Of a stretch of 64,000 nucleotides of DNA, positions 1-14,794 are shown piece after piece. Both the position numbers and the translations under genes were made by a program. Position 1 is the stretch's first letter, and every line of letters begins with the position of its first letter. The stretch is from Amphiscolops sp. MND2022 (Eukaryota), in assembly GCA_964187785.1 (NCBI GenBank), contig OZ076409.1, positions 92,878,001 to 92,942,000 of the forward strand, read 5' to 3'. The notes under the pieces were generated by a model. It was not told the DNA's origin, did not search any database, and was given only the letters and a program-made list of their open reading frames with translations.

Positions 1-3000
1 TTACAATGATAGCATCCAAAAAGGACCGAGAAAGAGCTTATACAGCTCGCCGAGTCTCTGCCCTGAGAATCAATTATGCAGTAACTTGAAATATTATTTT
101 CAGAAATGGTCATCTTGTTTATGTTTTCACTTCGAATAAGTAGGTAATGAAAAAAATACAGGCTTGGATAGCGAGATGGGTAGTGATCATTTCACAGAAC
201 GTCGAGTTTCATACATATTCCGATTATCCATTTCATCTCGAAAACCTAAAGGAGATTTGATAGCAATTGTTTGAAGATTTCGCGAAAAATTTCATTAATG
301 AACATTTCGTAAATTGTCAGCATTTCCGTTTGTTGGTAAACATCTCTCAGGCTGTCAAACTTTTTGTGATAAAAATTGCCCTTAGAATACGACGCTGATC
401 TTGGTCAATACTTTCCAAATCGTTTTTGTGGGCAATTCCATAAATAAATAAACCATAACTGATGATAGTTTTAGCATAAGAGTTATAAAAAGTTGGAACA
501 CAATGTTTCGGGTACATGTACTTGACTCTTTACATCAGTCCGCAGAATTTTTTCATTTTTTTGGCTACGTAGCTGATATGTTCGCGAAAATTGAGCTGAG
601 GGTCCAAATGAACGGCAAAGTAATTGCAGTGAGGCTAATCGGGGAGCTGATGTTATCAATTTTCAACGCTGGAGGTTGGCCGATACCAAAAGAAGTAGTT
701 TCACATTTTGAAGAATTGATGGACAACTCGTTGCAAGCAAACCAATTTGTCATTTCATTTATATCAGTTTGTATCGTTACCGTTTTGTTTTTCGGATTGG
801 AACAGAGAAGTATCGTCTGCAAATTTTTTCGATTTTACTTTTCGTTGAACAAACAGCGGCAAGTCCTTGATATAAACTAGAAAAGGAAAGGCCCCATAGT
901 GGAATCTTGAGGTATATCATTAACAACAGGAAGTTTTTTGGTAATTCTGAAGGAAGGAAGGAAGGAAGGAAGGAAGGAAGGAAGGAAGTTTCTTTAATCA
1001 GATGCAAACATCAAAAATTTATAAATACAAATATAAATACAATGATAGCATCCAAAAAGGACCGAGAAAGAGCTTATACAGCTCGCCGAGTCTCTGCCCT
1101 GAGAATCAATTATGCAGTAACTTGAAATATTATTTTCAGAAATGGTCATCTTGTTTATGTTTTCACCTCGAAGAAGTAGGTAATGAAAAAAATACAGGCT
1201 TGGATAGCGAGATGGATAATGATCCTTTCACAGAACGTCGAGTTTCATACATATTCCGATTATCCATTTCATCTCGAAATCTAAAGGAGATTTGATAGCA
1301 ATTGTTTGAAGATTTCGCGAAAAACTTCATTAATGAACATTTCGTAAATTGTCAGAGTTTCCGTTTGTTGGTAAACATCGCTCAGGTTGTCAAACTTTTT
1401 GTGATAAAAATTGCCCTTAGAATACGACGCTGATCTTGGTCAATACTTTCCAAATCAATTTTGTGGGCAATCCCATAAATAAATAAACCATAATTGATGA
1501 TAGTTTTAGCATAAGAGTTATAAAAAGTTGGAACACAATGCTTCGGGTACATGTACTTGACTCTTTATATCAGTCCGCAGAATTTTTTCAATTTTTTGGC
1601 TACGTAGCTGATATGTTCGCGAAAATTGAGCTGAGGGTCCAAATGAACGGCAAAGTAATTGCAGTGAGGCTAAGCGGGGAGCTGATATTATCAATTTTCA
1701 ACGCTGGAGGTTGGCCGATACCAAAAGAAGTAGTTTCACATTTTGAAGAATTGATGGACAACTCGTTGCAAGCAAACCAATTTGTCATTTCATTTATATC
1801 AGTTTGTATCGTTACCGTTTTGTTTTTCGGATTGGAACAGAGAAGTATCGTCTGCAAATTTTTTCGATTTTACTTTTCGTTGAACAAACAGCGGCAAGTC
1901 CTTGATATAAACTAGAAAAGGAAAGGCCCTATGATTGAATCTTGAGGTTTATCATTAACAACGAGAAGTTTTTTGGTAATTCTGAAGGAAGGAAGGAAAG
2001 AAGGAAGGAAGGAAGGAAGGAAGGAAGGAAGGAAGGAAGGAAGGAAGAAAGGAAGTTTCTTTAATCAGATGCAAACATCAAAAATTTATAAATACAAACA
2101 TAATTACATTGATAGCATCCAAAAAGGACCGAGAAAGAGCTTATACAGCTCGCCGAGTCTCTGCCCTGAGAATCAATTATGCAGTAACTTGAAATATTAT
2201 TTTCAGAAATGGTCATCTTGTTTATGTTTTCACCTCGAATAAGTAGGTAATGAAAAAAATACAGGCTTGGATAGCAAGATGGGTAGTGATCCTTTCACAG
2301 AACGTCGAGTTTCATACATATTCCGATTATCCATTTCATCTCGAAAATCCAAAGGAGATTTGATAGCAATTGTTTGAAGATTTCGCGAAAAATTTCATTA
2401 ATGAACATTTCGTAAATTGTTAGAATTTCCGTTTGTTGGTAAACATCCCTCAGGCTGTCAAACTTTTTGTGATAAAAATTGCCCTTAGAATACGACGCTG
2501 ATCTTGGTCAATACTTTCCAAATCGTTTTTGTGGGCAATTCCATAAATAAATAAACCATAACTGATGATAGTTTTAGCATAAGAGTTATAAAAAGTTGGA
2601 ACACAATGCTTCGGGTACATGTACTTGACTCTTTATATCAGTCCGCAGAATTTTTTCAATTTTTTGGCTACGTAGCTGATATGTTCGCGAAAATTGAGCT
2701 GAGGGTCCAAATGAACCGCAAAGTATTTGCAGTGAGGCTAATCGGGGACGCTGATGTTATCAATTTTCAACGCTGGAGGTTGGCCGATACCAAAAGAAGT
2801 AGTTTCACATTTTGAAGAACTGATGGACAGTTTTTTGCAAGCAAACCAATTCATTTTGTCAATTCATTCAAATCATTTTTTATTGCTACCGTTTTGTTTT
2901 TCGGATTGGAACAGAGAAGTATCGTCTGCAAATTTTGCGATTGTACTTTTCGTTGAACAAACAGCGTCAAGTCCTTGATATAAACTAGAAAAGGAAAGGC

Positions 3001-4924
3001 CCCATGATGGAATCTTGTGGTATATCATTAACAACAGGAAATTTTTTTGTAATTTTTTCGTTATCAAAGACATATTGCCATCTATTTGTTAGGTAGTTAC
3101 TCACGAGATGAAATATAGGTCCTCTTATGCCATAATTGTACAAATTGATAGAGACTGGTCCATGGGATCAAAAGCTTTTCTCAGATCGATAAAACACCTT
3201 TAACCTAAAGTATTTTGTCGATTTCATCGCGTAAATAATCTGTAATTTCACTTACTGCATGAACACACGAATTGTCAGACCGAAAACCGAATTGTATTGG
3301 AGTGAAAAGATCATTCTTGACAAAAAAATTATTTATACGGTTGTACAACAGTTTTTTGAGAACCTTACTCAGTGAAAATAGAGAACTAATCGGACGGTAG
3401 TTTTCAGGATCACTGTAATCACTTTTTTTTGGGGTGCGATTACCTTTGCAATTTTAAGGCATTCTGTAAAAAATCCAATCTTGAGGCATTCATTGAACAT
3501 TCATTGAACGCTTTGGAGAGATGTTCTACTAACACTGGCGAGCAGCATTTGAGTATTTCATTGCTAATACCATCAGATCCAGAACTCATTTCATTTTTCA
3601 TCTTTCTCTAAAAAAACTAGTGCAATTTCTTCGGGACTAGTATCATTCAAACCCATTGTTTTATCAAAATATTGGAGATCAATAGTATGATGTGGTTCTG
3701 GTACTTGCCGGGAGAGTTCAGAACCTAAATATGAGAAAAACTTTCATCAAAATCTATTTTCAAATCTCGTGATTGAATGCTTTGTGTTTGGCATTTCAAT
3801 GTTCTATACATCGTTGCTGTAGATAGATTCTTTCCGAGTTTGTTGAAATCGGCTTGAGGAAGGCAGGAAGGAAGGAAGTTTCTTTAATCAGATGCAAACA
3901 TCAAAAATTTATAAATACAAATATAAATACAATGATAGCATCCAAAAAGGACCGAGAAAGAGCTTATACAGCTCGCCGAGTCTTTGCCCTGAGAATCAAT
4001 TATGCAGTAACTTGAAATATTATTTTCAGAAATGGTCATCTTGTTTATGTTTTCACCTCGAATAAGTAGGTAATGAAAAAATACAGGCTTGGATAGCGAG
4101 ATGGATAGTGATCCTTTCACAGAACGTCGAGTTTCATACATATTCCGATTATCCATTTCATCTCGAAATCTAAAGGAGATTTGATAGCAATTGTTTGAAG
4201 ATTTCGCGAAAAACTTCATTAATGAACATTTCGTAAATTGTCAGAGTTTCCGTTTGTTGGTAAACATCCCTCAGGTTGTCAAACTTTTTGTGATAAAAAT
4301 TGCCCTTAGAATACGACGCTGATCTTGGTCAATACTTTCCAAATCAATTTTGTGGGCAATCGCATAAATAAATAAACCATAATTGATGATAGTTTTAGCA
4401 TAAGAGTTATAAAAAGTTGAAACACAATGCTTCGGGTACATGTACTTGACTCTTTATATCAGTCCGCAGAATTTTTTCAATTTTTTGGCTACGTAGCTGA
4501 TATGTTCGCGAAAATTGAGCTGAGGGTCCAAATGAACGGCAAAGTAATTGCAGTGAGGCTAAGCGGGGAGCTGATATTATCAATTTTCAACGCTGGAGGT
4601 TGGCCGATACCAAAAGAAGTAGTTTCACATTTTGAAGAATTGATGGACAACTCGTTGCAAGCAAACCAATTTGTCATTTCATTTATATCAGTTTGTATCG
4701 TTACCGTTTTGTTTTTCGGATTGGAACAGAAAAGTATCGTCTGCAAATTTTTTCGATTTTACTTTTCGTTGAACAAACAGCGGCAAGTCCTTGATATAAA
4801 CTAGAAAAGGAAAGGCCCTATGATGGAATCTTGAGGTTTATCATTAACAACGAGAAGTTTTTTGGTAATTCTGAAGGAAGGAAGGAAAGAAGGAAGGAAG
4901 GAAGGAAGGAATGAAGAAAGGAAG
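1..4924 (-). repeat. Head-to-tail array of 5'-truncated copies of the same LINE, separated by (GGAA)n tails
   Basis: Units 1-948, 989-1983, 2056-3855 and 3879-4872 match the 3' part of the 4925-8215 copy. GGAA tracts at 949-988, 1984-2055, 3856-3878 and 4873-4924. Confidence 0.92.
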
Positions 4925-7900
4925 TTTCTTTAATCAGATGCAAACATCAAAAATTTATAAATACAAACATAATTACATTGATAGCATCCAAAAAGGACCA
5001 AGAAAGAGCTTATACAGCTCGCCGAGTCTCTGCCCTGAGAATCAATTATGCAGTAACTTGAAATATTATTTTCAGAAATGGTCATCTTGTTTATGTTTTC
5101 ACCTCGAATAAGTAGGTAATGAAAAAATTACAGGCTTGGATAGCAAGATGGGTAGTGATCCTTTCACAGAACGTCGAGTTTCAAACATATTCCGATTATC
5201 CATTTCATCTCGAAAATCTAAAGGAGATTTGATAGCAATTGTTTGAAGATTTCGCGAAAAATTTCATTAATGAACATTTCGTAAATTGTCAGAATTTCCG
5301 TTTGTTGGTAAACATCCCTCAGGCTGTCAAACTTTTTGTGATAAAAATTGCCCTTAGAATACGACGCTGATCTTGGTCAATACTTTCCAAATCGTTTTTG
5401 TGGGCAATTCCATAAATAAATAAACCATAACTGATGATAGTTTTAGCATAAGAGTTATAAAAAGTTGGAACACAATGCTTCGGGTACATGTACTTGACTC
5501 TTTATATCAGTCCGCAGAATTTTTTCAATTTTTTGGCTACGTAGCTGATATGTTCGCGAAAATTGAGCTGAGGGTCCAAATGAACCGCAAAGTATTTGCA
5601 GTGAGGCTAATCGGGGACGCTGATGTTATCAATTTTCAACGCTGGAGGTTGGCCGATACCAAAAGAAGTAGTTTCACATTTTGAAGAACTGATGGACAGT
5701 TTTTTGCAAGCAAACCAATTCATTTTGTCAATTCATTCAAATCATTTTTTATTGCTACCGTTTTGTTTTTCGGATTGGAACAGAGAAGTATCGTCTGCAA
5801 ATTTTGCGATTGTACTTTTCGTTGAACAAACAGCGTCAAGTCCTTGATATAAACTAGAAAAGGAAAGGCCCCATGATGGAATCTTGAGGTATATCATTAA
5901 CAACAGGAAGTTTTTTGGTAATTTTTTCGTTATCAAAGACATATTGCCATCTATTTGTTAGGTAGTTACTCATGAGATGAAATATAGGTCCTCTTATGCC
6001 ATAATTGTACAAATTGATAGAGACTGGTCCATGGGATCAAAAGCTTTTCTCAGCTCGATAAAACACCTTTAACCTAAAGTATTTTGTCGATTTCATCGCG
6101 TAAATAATCGGTAATTTCACTTACTGCATGAACACACGAATTGTCAGACCGAAAACCGAATTGTATTGGAGTGAAATATCATTCTTGACAAAAAAATTAT
6201 TTATACGGTTGTACAACAGTTTTTTGAGAACCTTACTCAGTGAAAATAGAGAACTAATCGGACGGTAGTTTTCAGGATCACTGTAATCACTTTTTTTTGG
6301 GGTGCGATTACCTTTGCAATTTTAAGGCATTCTGTAAAAAATCCAATCTTGAGGCATTCATTGAACATTCATTGAACGCTTTGGAGAGATGTTCTACTAA
6401 CACTGGCGAGCAGCATTTGAGTATTTCATTGCTAATACCATCAGATCCAGAACTCATTTCATTTTTCATCTTTCTCTAAAAAAACTAGTGCAATTTCTTC
6501 ACTAGTATCATTCAAACCCATTGTTTTATCAAAATATTGGAGATCAATAGTATGATGTGGTTCTGGTACTTGCCGGGAGAGTTCAGAACCTAAATATGAG
6601 AAAAACTTTCATCAAAATCTATTTTCAAATCTCGTGATTGAATGCTTTGTGTTTGGCATTTCAATGTTCTATACATCGTTGCTGTAGATAGATTCTTTCC
6701 GAGTTTGTTGAAAGTGGCTTCCCTTTTTGGGTTTCGTATGACTGAAGTGACTAAATTGCGCTGTTTTTTTATATGTTTCCCTATTAAAATCACTGGGATC
6801 GGATACCAGTATGTGGAAACGTTCGTCGCGTTTCGTCATAACCTTCCAAACTTTGATTGTAACCCAGTAATTTCCATTGGTTTGTGAATTGATAAAAGGT
6901 TTCTGGAGCGAAGAGATCAACACATTCAATTATCGATTGTGCAATTTTCTCCGTATGGATTGTGCTTCCGGTGTAGTTCTGTTTAAGTGTTTCATCCAAC
7001 AAAAAAAAACAGCAGTGCATTTTCGCCTTTAAAATCTCTTGTTTTTCGAAACGAACGTTTTTGTTATATTCCATCTGTTGATAGAGGTATTTCACCTAGA
7101 ACACTAAAATGATCACTAATTGTTGTAGGGATTGTCTGTGTTTGCGTTTGAGAGCCTGTGATAAAATGATCGAAACAAATGTAGCGGTGACCCTTGTTGA
7201 CTGAAAGTTTTGCTGTTTTAAATCCAACGCATACCTTAACTTTCATTATTATTTCTAGATGTGTAGTCTACAAGAGTATCTATATTGTAGTCTCCAAATA
7301 TAACAGTATCATGTTTTAGGCTTCTCAAAAATGTCAATAAATCTTCAAACTGCGGCACAAAGTCTTTTAGCTTGTGACTCTGATGTCTATATACGACGCA
7401 AAAGTACAGTATTTGGTTGTTACCGAAATCCACGTCTATTATAAGACAATCTATTTGTGTTTCAAAGGTTAAGAGCTTGTACGTAACAGATTCCTGAACA
7501 AAAAAAGTCACACCACCTCGTTCTAGGCCTGAAGTGCGGGTTTCCACTCAAGAAGATGATACCCTCGAAGAGTCAGTTCGTTAATGGAGTCATGGTCAGT
7601 GAGCCACGTTTCAATTAAGGCTATGATTCTAGGCTTCTTCGAAAAATTTTCTAGCGCAATGAGCAAACCATCATGATGACATCTCAATGATTGAACATTT
7701 AGGCCCAATTAAATATTGTTATGTTTGTTAAAAAGGCTGCTGTAATATGGTTCTTGATACAAAACATAACTTTCTCACAAGAAGAAAGAGAAAGATCAAG
7801 TTTGTTTGATAGAAATGCGATAGTTGATACCAACAACTTAAGTACAGGCACTTAGTTTCCAGTGAAATATTATGTTGTTTACCGAAAAATATGAAACAGA

Positions 7901-8215
7901 AATTAGACTTAATCATCATACCGAAAAGTAAATAAACAAATAAATGGGCCTCGATTATATCACCGAATTCGACTGAAACAGGGGGTCTATTCAATCAATT
8001 GAAGGGGTATGTGGTGGAAAAGCTGTACATGTGATGGGGTGTAACGGTGATAGGTTGTGGTACAGACTGCACATGAGCCGGTACGGGAGGTTGGCGTTCT
8101 CTTTGAGGGTTTGGGTTGACGAAAACAGCCGAAGATACAGCATAATCTTTTTTGAAGGGCGTCTGAGTACATGAGACCGATTGTTTTAAATTAGGGAAAA
8201 ACTGGAATAACAACT
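4925..8215 (-). mobile_element. CR1-like LINE, longest copy: degraded ORF2 (APE endonuclease + reverse transcriptase), 5'-truncated
   Basis: APE motifs GLNVQSL..IIALIETWL (7523-7708) and GGVTFFV..VVYR..IFGDYNID (7236-7547). RT motifs DPENYRPIS (~6270) and KFADDTSLF (~5790). 3' end abuts a (CTTC)n tail at 4873-4924. Many frameshifts; 5' boundary approximate. Confidence 0.85.
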
Positions 8216-9869
8216 AACGTTGATTGAGGTACGTCTGAACGCTGATACAACGACCAAAATTGATGAATACAGTAACTTCAAACTTTATTTAGGAGTTATT
8301 TCCAAAATAGTGATTTCAGACGTTTTTCTACCAAAATACGGTGAGTTTAGACCTTATTCCAACAAATATTTAAATTTGGACCATTTTCATCTAAAATTTT
8401 TGACCATATAACCCAAAATTCATAGCCCGAAATCCAAACCAAAATCCTACTTCTCTAGCGGCTTCAGGAAACGCTGTGCCGAAAACACTGGCTCCGGACT
8501 TTGCGCCAAAACTTTGCACGCGTCGTGTCTCTGATTGCTTTTTAGCATGTTTCAAAACATGCTGGGGCCGCTTTGAACCAATGTTGATACCAGTGGGATA
8601 AAAGGTCCACAAAGGAAAGCTGGAAAAACGAAAAGCTGCGCTCAAATTTTTTCTATTTTTTTGGTCCCATTTTCTGGATTTCGGAGACATCACGTCAATA
8701 TTCCGTGAAGAGGCACCGAATGCTATGCAATATCGTCTGAAAATCTTATTAAAGGGTATTCTTTACCATACAATCAGCTGGTGCGTTTAGAATTTGCAGA
8801 GACTAAATGTGCCGAACTAAGTTAGGGTTGATGCTACCCGGGTCATTGAGATAACCCTGTTAGAGATACAGACTTTTAATTCAGACGTTATTCAAGAAAG
8901 ACACAACATGGGTCCAGAAAATCTCGAACGAAGTTTGGTTGGAATAACACATCGCATTTTTCGTACGAATTTCTCACAAATAGATGCGAATTTTGCAAAA
9001 ATGTTTTGAGACTCTTGTACGAAGTGTTCACCATTGTAACAAACTTTCAAAATTTGCGATTCTTGTACAAACTTGTACGATTCTTGTAAGAAATTCATAA
9101 TTGGTGAAAACTTAGGCCAAATTTTGCAGAACTTGTGATTCCGGAAAACTAGGGAATGTATCATTATAGTGATTTTACTCGAATAAGGACTAAAGTTAAA
9201 GAAAAAATGTCCGAACGCTGGAATAACGACTAAAATTGATAAAAATACGTCTACACGTTGGTATAACGACTAAAATTTGAATACAGTAAGTTTATGTCTC
9301 AGCTTACCAAAATACAGTGATTTAAGACCTAGTTCCACGAAATGCAGTAATTTTGGAAATTTTTAAACCCAAAAAAGTGATTTCAGGCATTTTTTCACCG
9401 GAATAATAATTATGGCGGCGATCTGAAATGAACTCATAATCACCAGCAATTTGACTAAATTTCTTGGAATAAATTTTCATTTCAAAAACTTTTGTCATCA
9501 AACAAAGAACAAATCAGATTTTCCAATTCCTGCTAGGAACCCGCACAAAAATGCTGCTAATTCCTTTAAAAATATTTTTCTCGGGTTTTTCATCTTTTGT
9601 TCCGAACTTCGGCGCAGAAACAAATAATCAAAAAAGTTGTAACTTCACCTAATCAAAACAGCTGATTCAAATGTTCCGCTCTAAAAGTAGTCCCCCAAAA
9701 AATTCGATAGAACTTTCATATCAATTCTTTTCGGTTTTCCAAAACCAGAATATGATAAATTGTGTTTTCCAACAGTTTACGTTCAGAAAAAAGTATATAG
9801 CATTACGAATGCAAATGTTTCCAGCAATTTCAATTAGGACACTGGCAACCAAAACGGCCCTTTGGCGTA

Positions 9870-11863
9870 GAGGCTGCCGGAAGGTTTTCCATGTTGCATC
9901 CAGCAAGCATTCTAAATTTTTGATAAACATAGAAAATACTCAGAGCACGGATGGAGAAATTTTTTAGGATTACAATGCAGCTTCCACTATTTCAATTAAA
10001 ATTGAAAACATTTAAACTTCTTCACCGCCGCGATCATTTTGTTTTCACGCGTAAGTTTCTCAAGTAAGTACCTTATGTGATCACCGTTAATCAAATAGCA
10101 CGCTTGTCGTAACCATCATCCTCACCTTGTTCAAAATCTACTAAATTTTCCCTACGGTGATTATTCTGGTTACTGGAAGTTGCGATTAATCTAGGAAAGT
10201 TCTCCCCTGAGTCTTGGACCTGTTGGCAAAATTTACTTTTATGCCGTCCATCTGACCGAAGGTCCCATTTTGTGTTTTTGGATTCCCTTTTGTTCGTAAT
10301 TACGTTTTCAATGCTAGGTAGTATCTTTTCGTCAATAGCTGAGTTTATTACTTCCAAAATATGAGAATTTAGATCAGATTTCATTTCTTCCAATTTCCTC
10401 GACATCTGTGAAGAAATTTCTGAACTAATTGCTCTGCTAGTTTCTACTGTGATTTCACTATTCTCACTCAAATTGGTATTCAAAAGAGACCTATAGTTGC
10501 TTTCTTCTTGACCAAAACCTTGTTGCCGTCTACTTGACTCAGGGTCAATTTCTATTTGATCTACAGTATCTTGGTCTCTAATATCACTGTTCGCGTAGTT
10601 TCCTAGCATCACATCTAAGTTTTCGATATCTGACAGTACAGTACGTCAGATTGTCTTGACCGTTTCTCTTTCGCCTTTTGTTTTCTAGTTGAAGGCATAT
10701 CAAAAGGAGATTTCGTCCAATAGTAGATTGTCAAATTGAAGGAATGTAACAGAATTGTTTGTATTGAGATTGTGGTATCGAATGAATGAATTGGAACTGA
10801 GCTTCCGTATATATACTCCTACCCACATGACACTCAGTATTTAGGGTGTCATTGGGTAAAAATAGTAATGACATCATTATTAAAAATAACTATTACATCA
10901 CAATTCTAAATATAGCAACTGAGATTACATGTAGCCACACGTCATAGGTTCTATAAATAGAAACAACATGTGAGTTATTAACTGGCAAAAATTAGCGGTA
11001 ACTTTCATGCAACTACAGATTTATTGCTACATGCGTTAACAAATTGGACCTAAGGTCCGCATGACGGCATTGAATTATATTTAAGTGTAGCGCCGTGATT
11101 GGTTAAAAGTGAAGTGACTACGCGTCAACTAGACGGCAGCAGCGTACCAGTTGAACGCGTTTCCTTTCACTTGCATAGTTATTTTGCTTTCTATTACTAT
11201 TATCAACGTCAATCAAATTACTAAATTGCACTGCATTTCCGCACCTTTTGGTACTAGTTCACACTGTTATTATTAATGTAATCCATCAACTAATTTACAT
11301 AAAACGGTAGCAAAATATAATTAGTAATGCCGTCAAAATGACCTTGAGTCACATTAGTGAGACTTCTGGTTTACATGTAAAGGTTATTAATGGTGAACAC
11401 ATGAACTAAACTGCATGGAGTTATTGTTTACTAAATAATAAGAGTATTGCGGTGTTCCTTCTCAAATAGGCAAAATGCCCGGTCCGGGATTAGTATTGTC
11501 GTCTTCGGGTCCCACTCGGTACAATATTCCGTCACAGGCGGCCGCCTGCGACAACGCTGAATATGACGCTACTTTGAAACTTATTATGTGACTGAAGTTT
11601 GTTTGCACTGAAAGCGCGGTAAAATTGATGAAGGTCTTAGCTGCTTTTAAAATTTGAGCCGCTGCTTGATGAAACCTGCAGAACGTCGCGGCTGGCAATT
11701 GCCGCCAATTTTAGGATGCATCTTTAAGGCAGCTTGATAAAGTTAAATTGATTCAATGAAATTTTAATGCATAGAAGTCTCCTTGAGAATTTTATAAAAT
11801 CATGAAAAATTAGCTTGGTAACCTACAAAAACTTGTAAAAAGTTCATGCAGTTTCAAGCAGGG
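9870..11863 (-). repeat. Interspersed non-coding repeat interrupted by the solo LTR
   Basis: Flanks 9870-10104 and 11554-11863 join into a sequence that matches 19531-20070 in inverted orientation (caaatagcacgctgaatatgacgctac is continuous there). Terminus ccctg(c/g)ttg(a/g)aactgc; left boundary approximate. Confidence 0.7.
10105..11553 (-). mobile_element. Solo LTR of a Ty3/Gypsy family related to the large element
   Basis: TGTCG...CGACA termini; 5-bp TSD ACGCT (10100-10104 and 11554-11558). Contains a gag N-terminus (SSEISSQMSRKLEEMK, ORF 10091-10612) and the same TGTCGCAGGCxGCxGCCTGTGA start as the other LTRs. Confidence 0.92.
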
Positions 11864-12599
11864 TAGCGTACGAGACTGGCACACAGGAGGGGACTGGATT
11901 CGGCACTGGATTGAATTTTTTCGAGCTTGAAAAAGTAAACAAGTTTGCGGGTAATTGCGAATTTTCGGCGTTGTGCTACTTTTGTTGCGGAAAAAATTTT
12001 CAACAAAAGTATTTTTTATGTCAAAAGTCGTATTTTCGTGTTTTCATTTCCAAAAAAGTTTTTTTAGTGACTAAAATGTATCATCTTTTAGTATTTGTGT
12101 GACTGCCTCTATTTTCGAAAAACTTTTATCTCCATCAAGGAGATACCCTTGGTTTTCTTGATGTTTTTGTGGAGGAAAAAGGTTTTTAGGCTTACAGGGT
12201 CCCCCCTACTGCACTTTTGGTATTGTGCGACTTCATTATAATTTCCTAATAACGTCTTTTCCGACAAAATTCTCAATATCCGAGATGCTGGCATTATTTT
12301 CAGAGTTTTATGAGGTCTTCTCAAGAAAGGAGCGCTGAAATGTTCATTTCTCAATTGCCATTTCGGTAATCTATATGCATACATGTCTTAACTGTGTTTC
12401 AGTCTCATTGAGTCCATTTTAGTTGATATTATTTAGCTTTTATTCCATTTCAAACAATTGAGTGCCACTGCGTCTCGGATTGAAATTGATTATAGAATCA
12501 AAACCTGAAAACCCGTCCCAAGAATCGCTCCCTTGCAAGTAATCGGGTTGGGTTCCATTATGTGCACAAAGTTATTATGCGTCACCTTTCGTAACACAT

Positions 12600-12662
12600 C
12601 TTGGTCGAGTAGGTAAAGCGTTAGTCTTGAAAAGCTAAGGAGGTGAGATCGTATCGCGCAGA
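12600..12662 (+). repeat. Possible tRNA-derived SINE head
   Basis: A-box-like tggtcgagtagg and degenerate B-box-like gagatcgtatc at tRNA spacing; no complete cloverleaf seen. Confidence 0.3.
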
Positions 12663-14794
12663 AAACAAATATTTTTTCTCTGAAACGAACTAACTAGACG
12701 TTTTTTGACTAATTCAAAAACAGAAAGAAAATCAAAAATCAATCAATCGTCTTTTTTGCCATTTGAAAATCATAATACTTTTTAAACCATTTTACCAAAA
12801 GAGCGTGAGGCATTAAAGTCAAATGATTCAAATAATTAAGTCATCAAAAGCGTTCATGTTTTTTTCACCCTTCATTGTTCATGTTTTTTCATCTTTCATT
12901 TTTTTATTCCTTTGTCATTTCTTGATGTAAAAAAAACCAACCAACTTGAACAATTACCTAATTTTTGATTACAAAATTACAGCTGCATTTAATTGCGAGT
13001 TTTATCTTATCATAGGATTAGCTTTTCAGATTACTGCTAGGACTAGATTCAACATCGAACCGAATAAGAAAAGCCCTGATTAAATTCCATTCTGTATGAC
13101 TTACAGCAAAGACATTCATCTCTCAAATGACGTAACAGATCACAATCCGGAAAGTCGCAAAAACAAACGAGATGTCAAAAATGTCAATCACTATCAGAAA
13201 TAAGTTAGCTTTTCTTGTAATTAAGGGGGCTTTCCCGAAAGAGGAAACTGATGGATTTATTCAAAAGTCTTCGATGTTTATCTCCCATATTTACCCAGAT
13301 AGACAGGAAATTGTGAATTAGCCAAGCTCAAAGTTACAAGCACAGCAAAATTTAAAATATTCGAGCGCATGCAACCGATGAATGTTTTCAAGGGCAACTA
13401 ATAGTTCGCAACAACTGAATACAGAATCTGGGAATTGATAGTTTCTAATAATTGGTCCCTTCGGAGCTCAGGAACAATGCTGCAACAGCAATAATCTTTC
13501 AAATCATTTCCAATGTTCGTCTAGTATTTTCTCATGAATTTCAGGAAAAGAATCATTTTTGCAGTAAGAGTGCACTTTCTGGAATTCATGAATCTATCAA
13601 TTCCAGATTTCTCCAAACCGGATCTAAAGAAGGATCCGATGCAAAATGGAAAACGCCAGCATTCAAATCCAGGCATTCCAATCTGCTTGCTTCTGTTTTT
13701 TCAGCCACAAATTTCTCAAGGAATGCTGCGATTATTTTTTCGTAGATTGAATTGGAAAGTTGCAAAAAAGAGGGAAAACGAATTTTGCGAAAACGAACTA
13801 ACACGAGTATACACGAAGCTGGAGAAACTCACCGCTCCAAACTTGCAAAAAAACATTAGCCGTTTCTAACAATGAAAACATCAATAGAAATTTGATCTCG
13901 AAAAATTTGCGGTTTATTATGGCTGGCTGTGACAATAGATTGATTTTAGCTGCAAAACAATATCGCTACAAAAACGAAAAATGTTCACAAAAATTGAATC
14001 GCTACTGAAAACCTATTGATTGCGAAGATGCTCGGCCGACTTTAAGTCGGATGATCGACCGAACAAGTATCAAGACTTTTCGAAGTAACACCGTTCCTGA
14101 AACCTACAGAAGAGATATTAGTGATTTTATTCTCTCCCTGAAGATTTGTTCAGCAAAATAAAATGTTGCAACATGCGGAAAAAATAAACTCAGTTAGCAT
14201 CACTCTGAAACAACGCTAAAAAGATCGAAGTCATCTGTTAAATAAAACTTATTGGCCGACTTCGAACAAATGTGAACGGCTATTCAGTTGAACGAACGAA
14301 AATGGTTGTTTCACCTGAAAGAAATCATATGACACCACTGAATTTGGAAGAATATTGTTTTCTTCTATTGAACTGGAAATAATGGAAAGCAAAACGGTCA
14401 AATGGGTCTTTTACCGCAGCGATCGAACAATATTTTTGTTGCAAAGCATAAGACGTAACCAATGCTAGTGACTTTTCTTAAGTCTGGCCACTCAGGAATT
14501 TTTCATGATGTATAGAACCCTGCCCACATTTTTTTCAACTTGTGGAATTTGCCCCGTTTGCACATAGAATAGTCCACGACGTCCTTACTGCTGAATAATG
14601 AAGGCATTTTGTGCCTAGCTTCAGTATAACAAAACTATTGAGGTTTGAAGTAGGTTCATGTCTTGACATTTCCCGAGGTTTTTGTCGAAAAGCGTGCCTG
14701 GCCACTGTCAAAATTGGTTATATTAGTCACATCGTATTAAATATGTACAGCACGTTTTGTATGATTCTCAGGCTTGGAAATGAACGAATGCGGT

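Noticed and set aside
503..6887. Repeated + strand ORFs (125 aa, 69 aa, 74 aa etc.)
   Set aside because: Antisense shadows of the LINE RT region; they recur only because the DNA is repeated.
8216..9470. Short recurring motifs (aacgactaaaatt, cttgtac) suggesting further repeats
   Set aside because: No termini, TSD or coding signal could be established.
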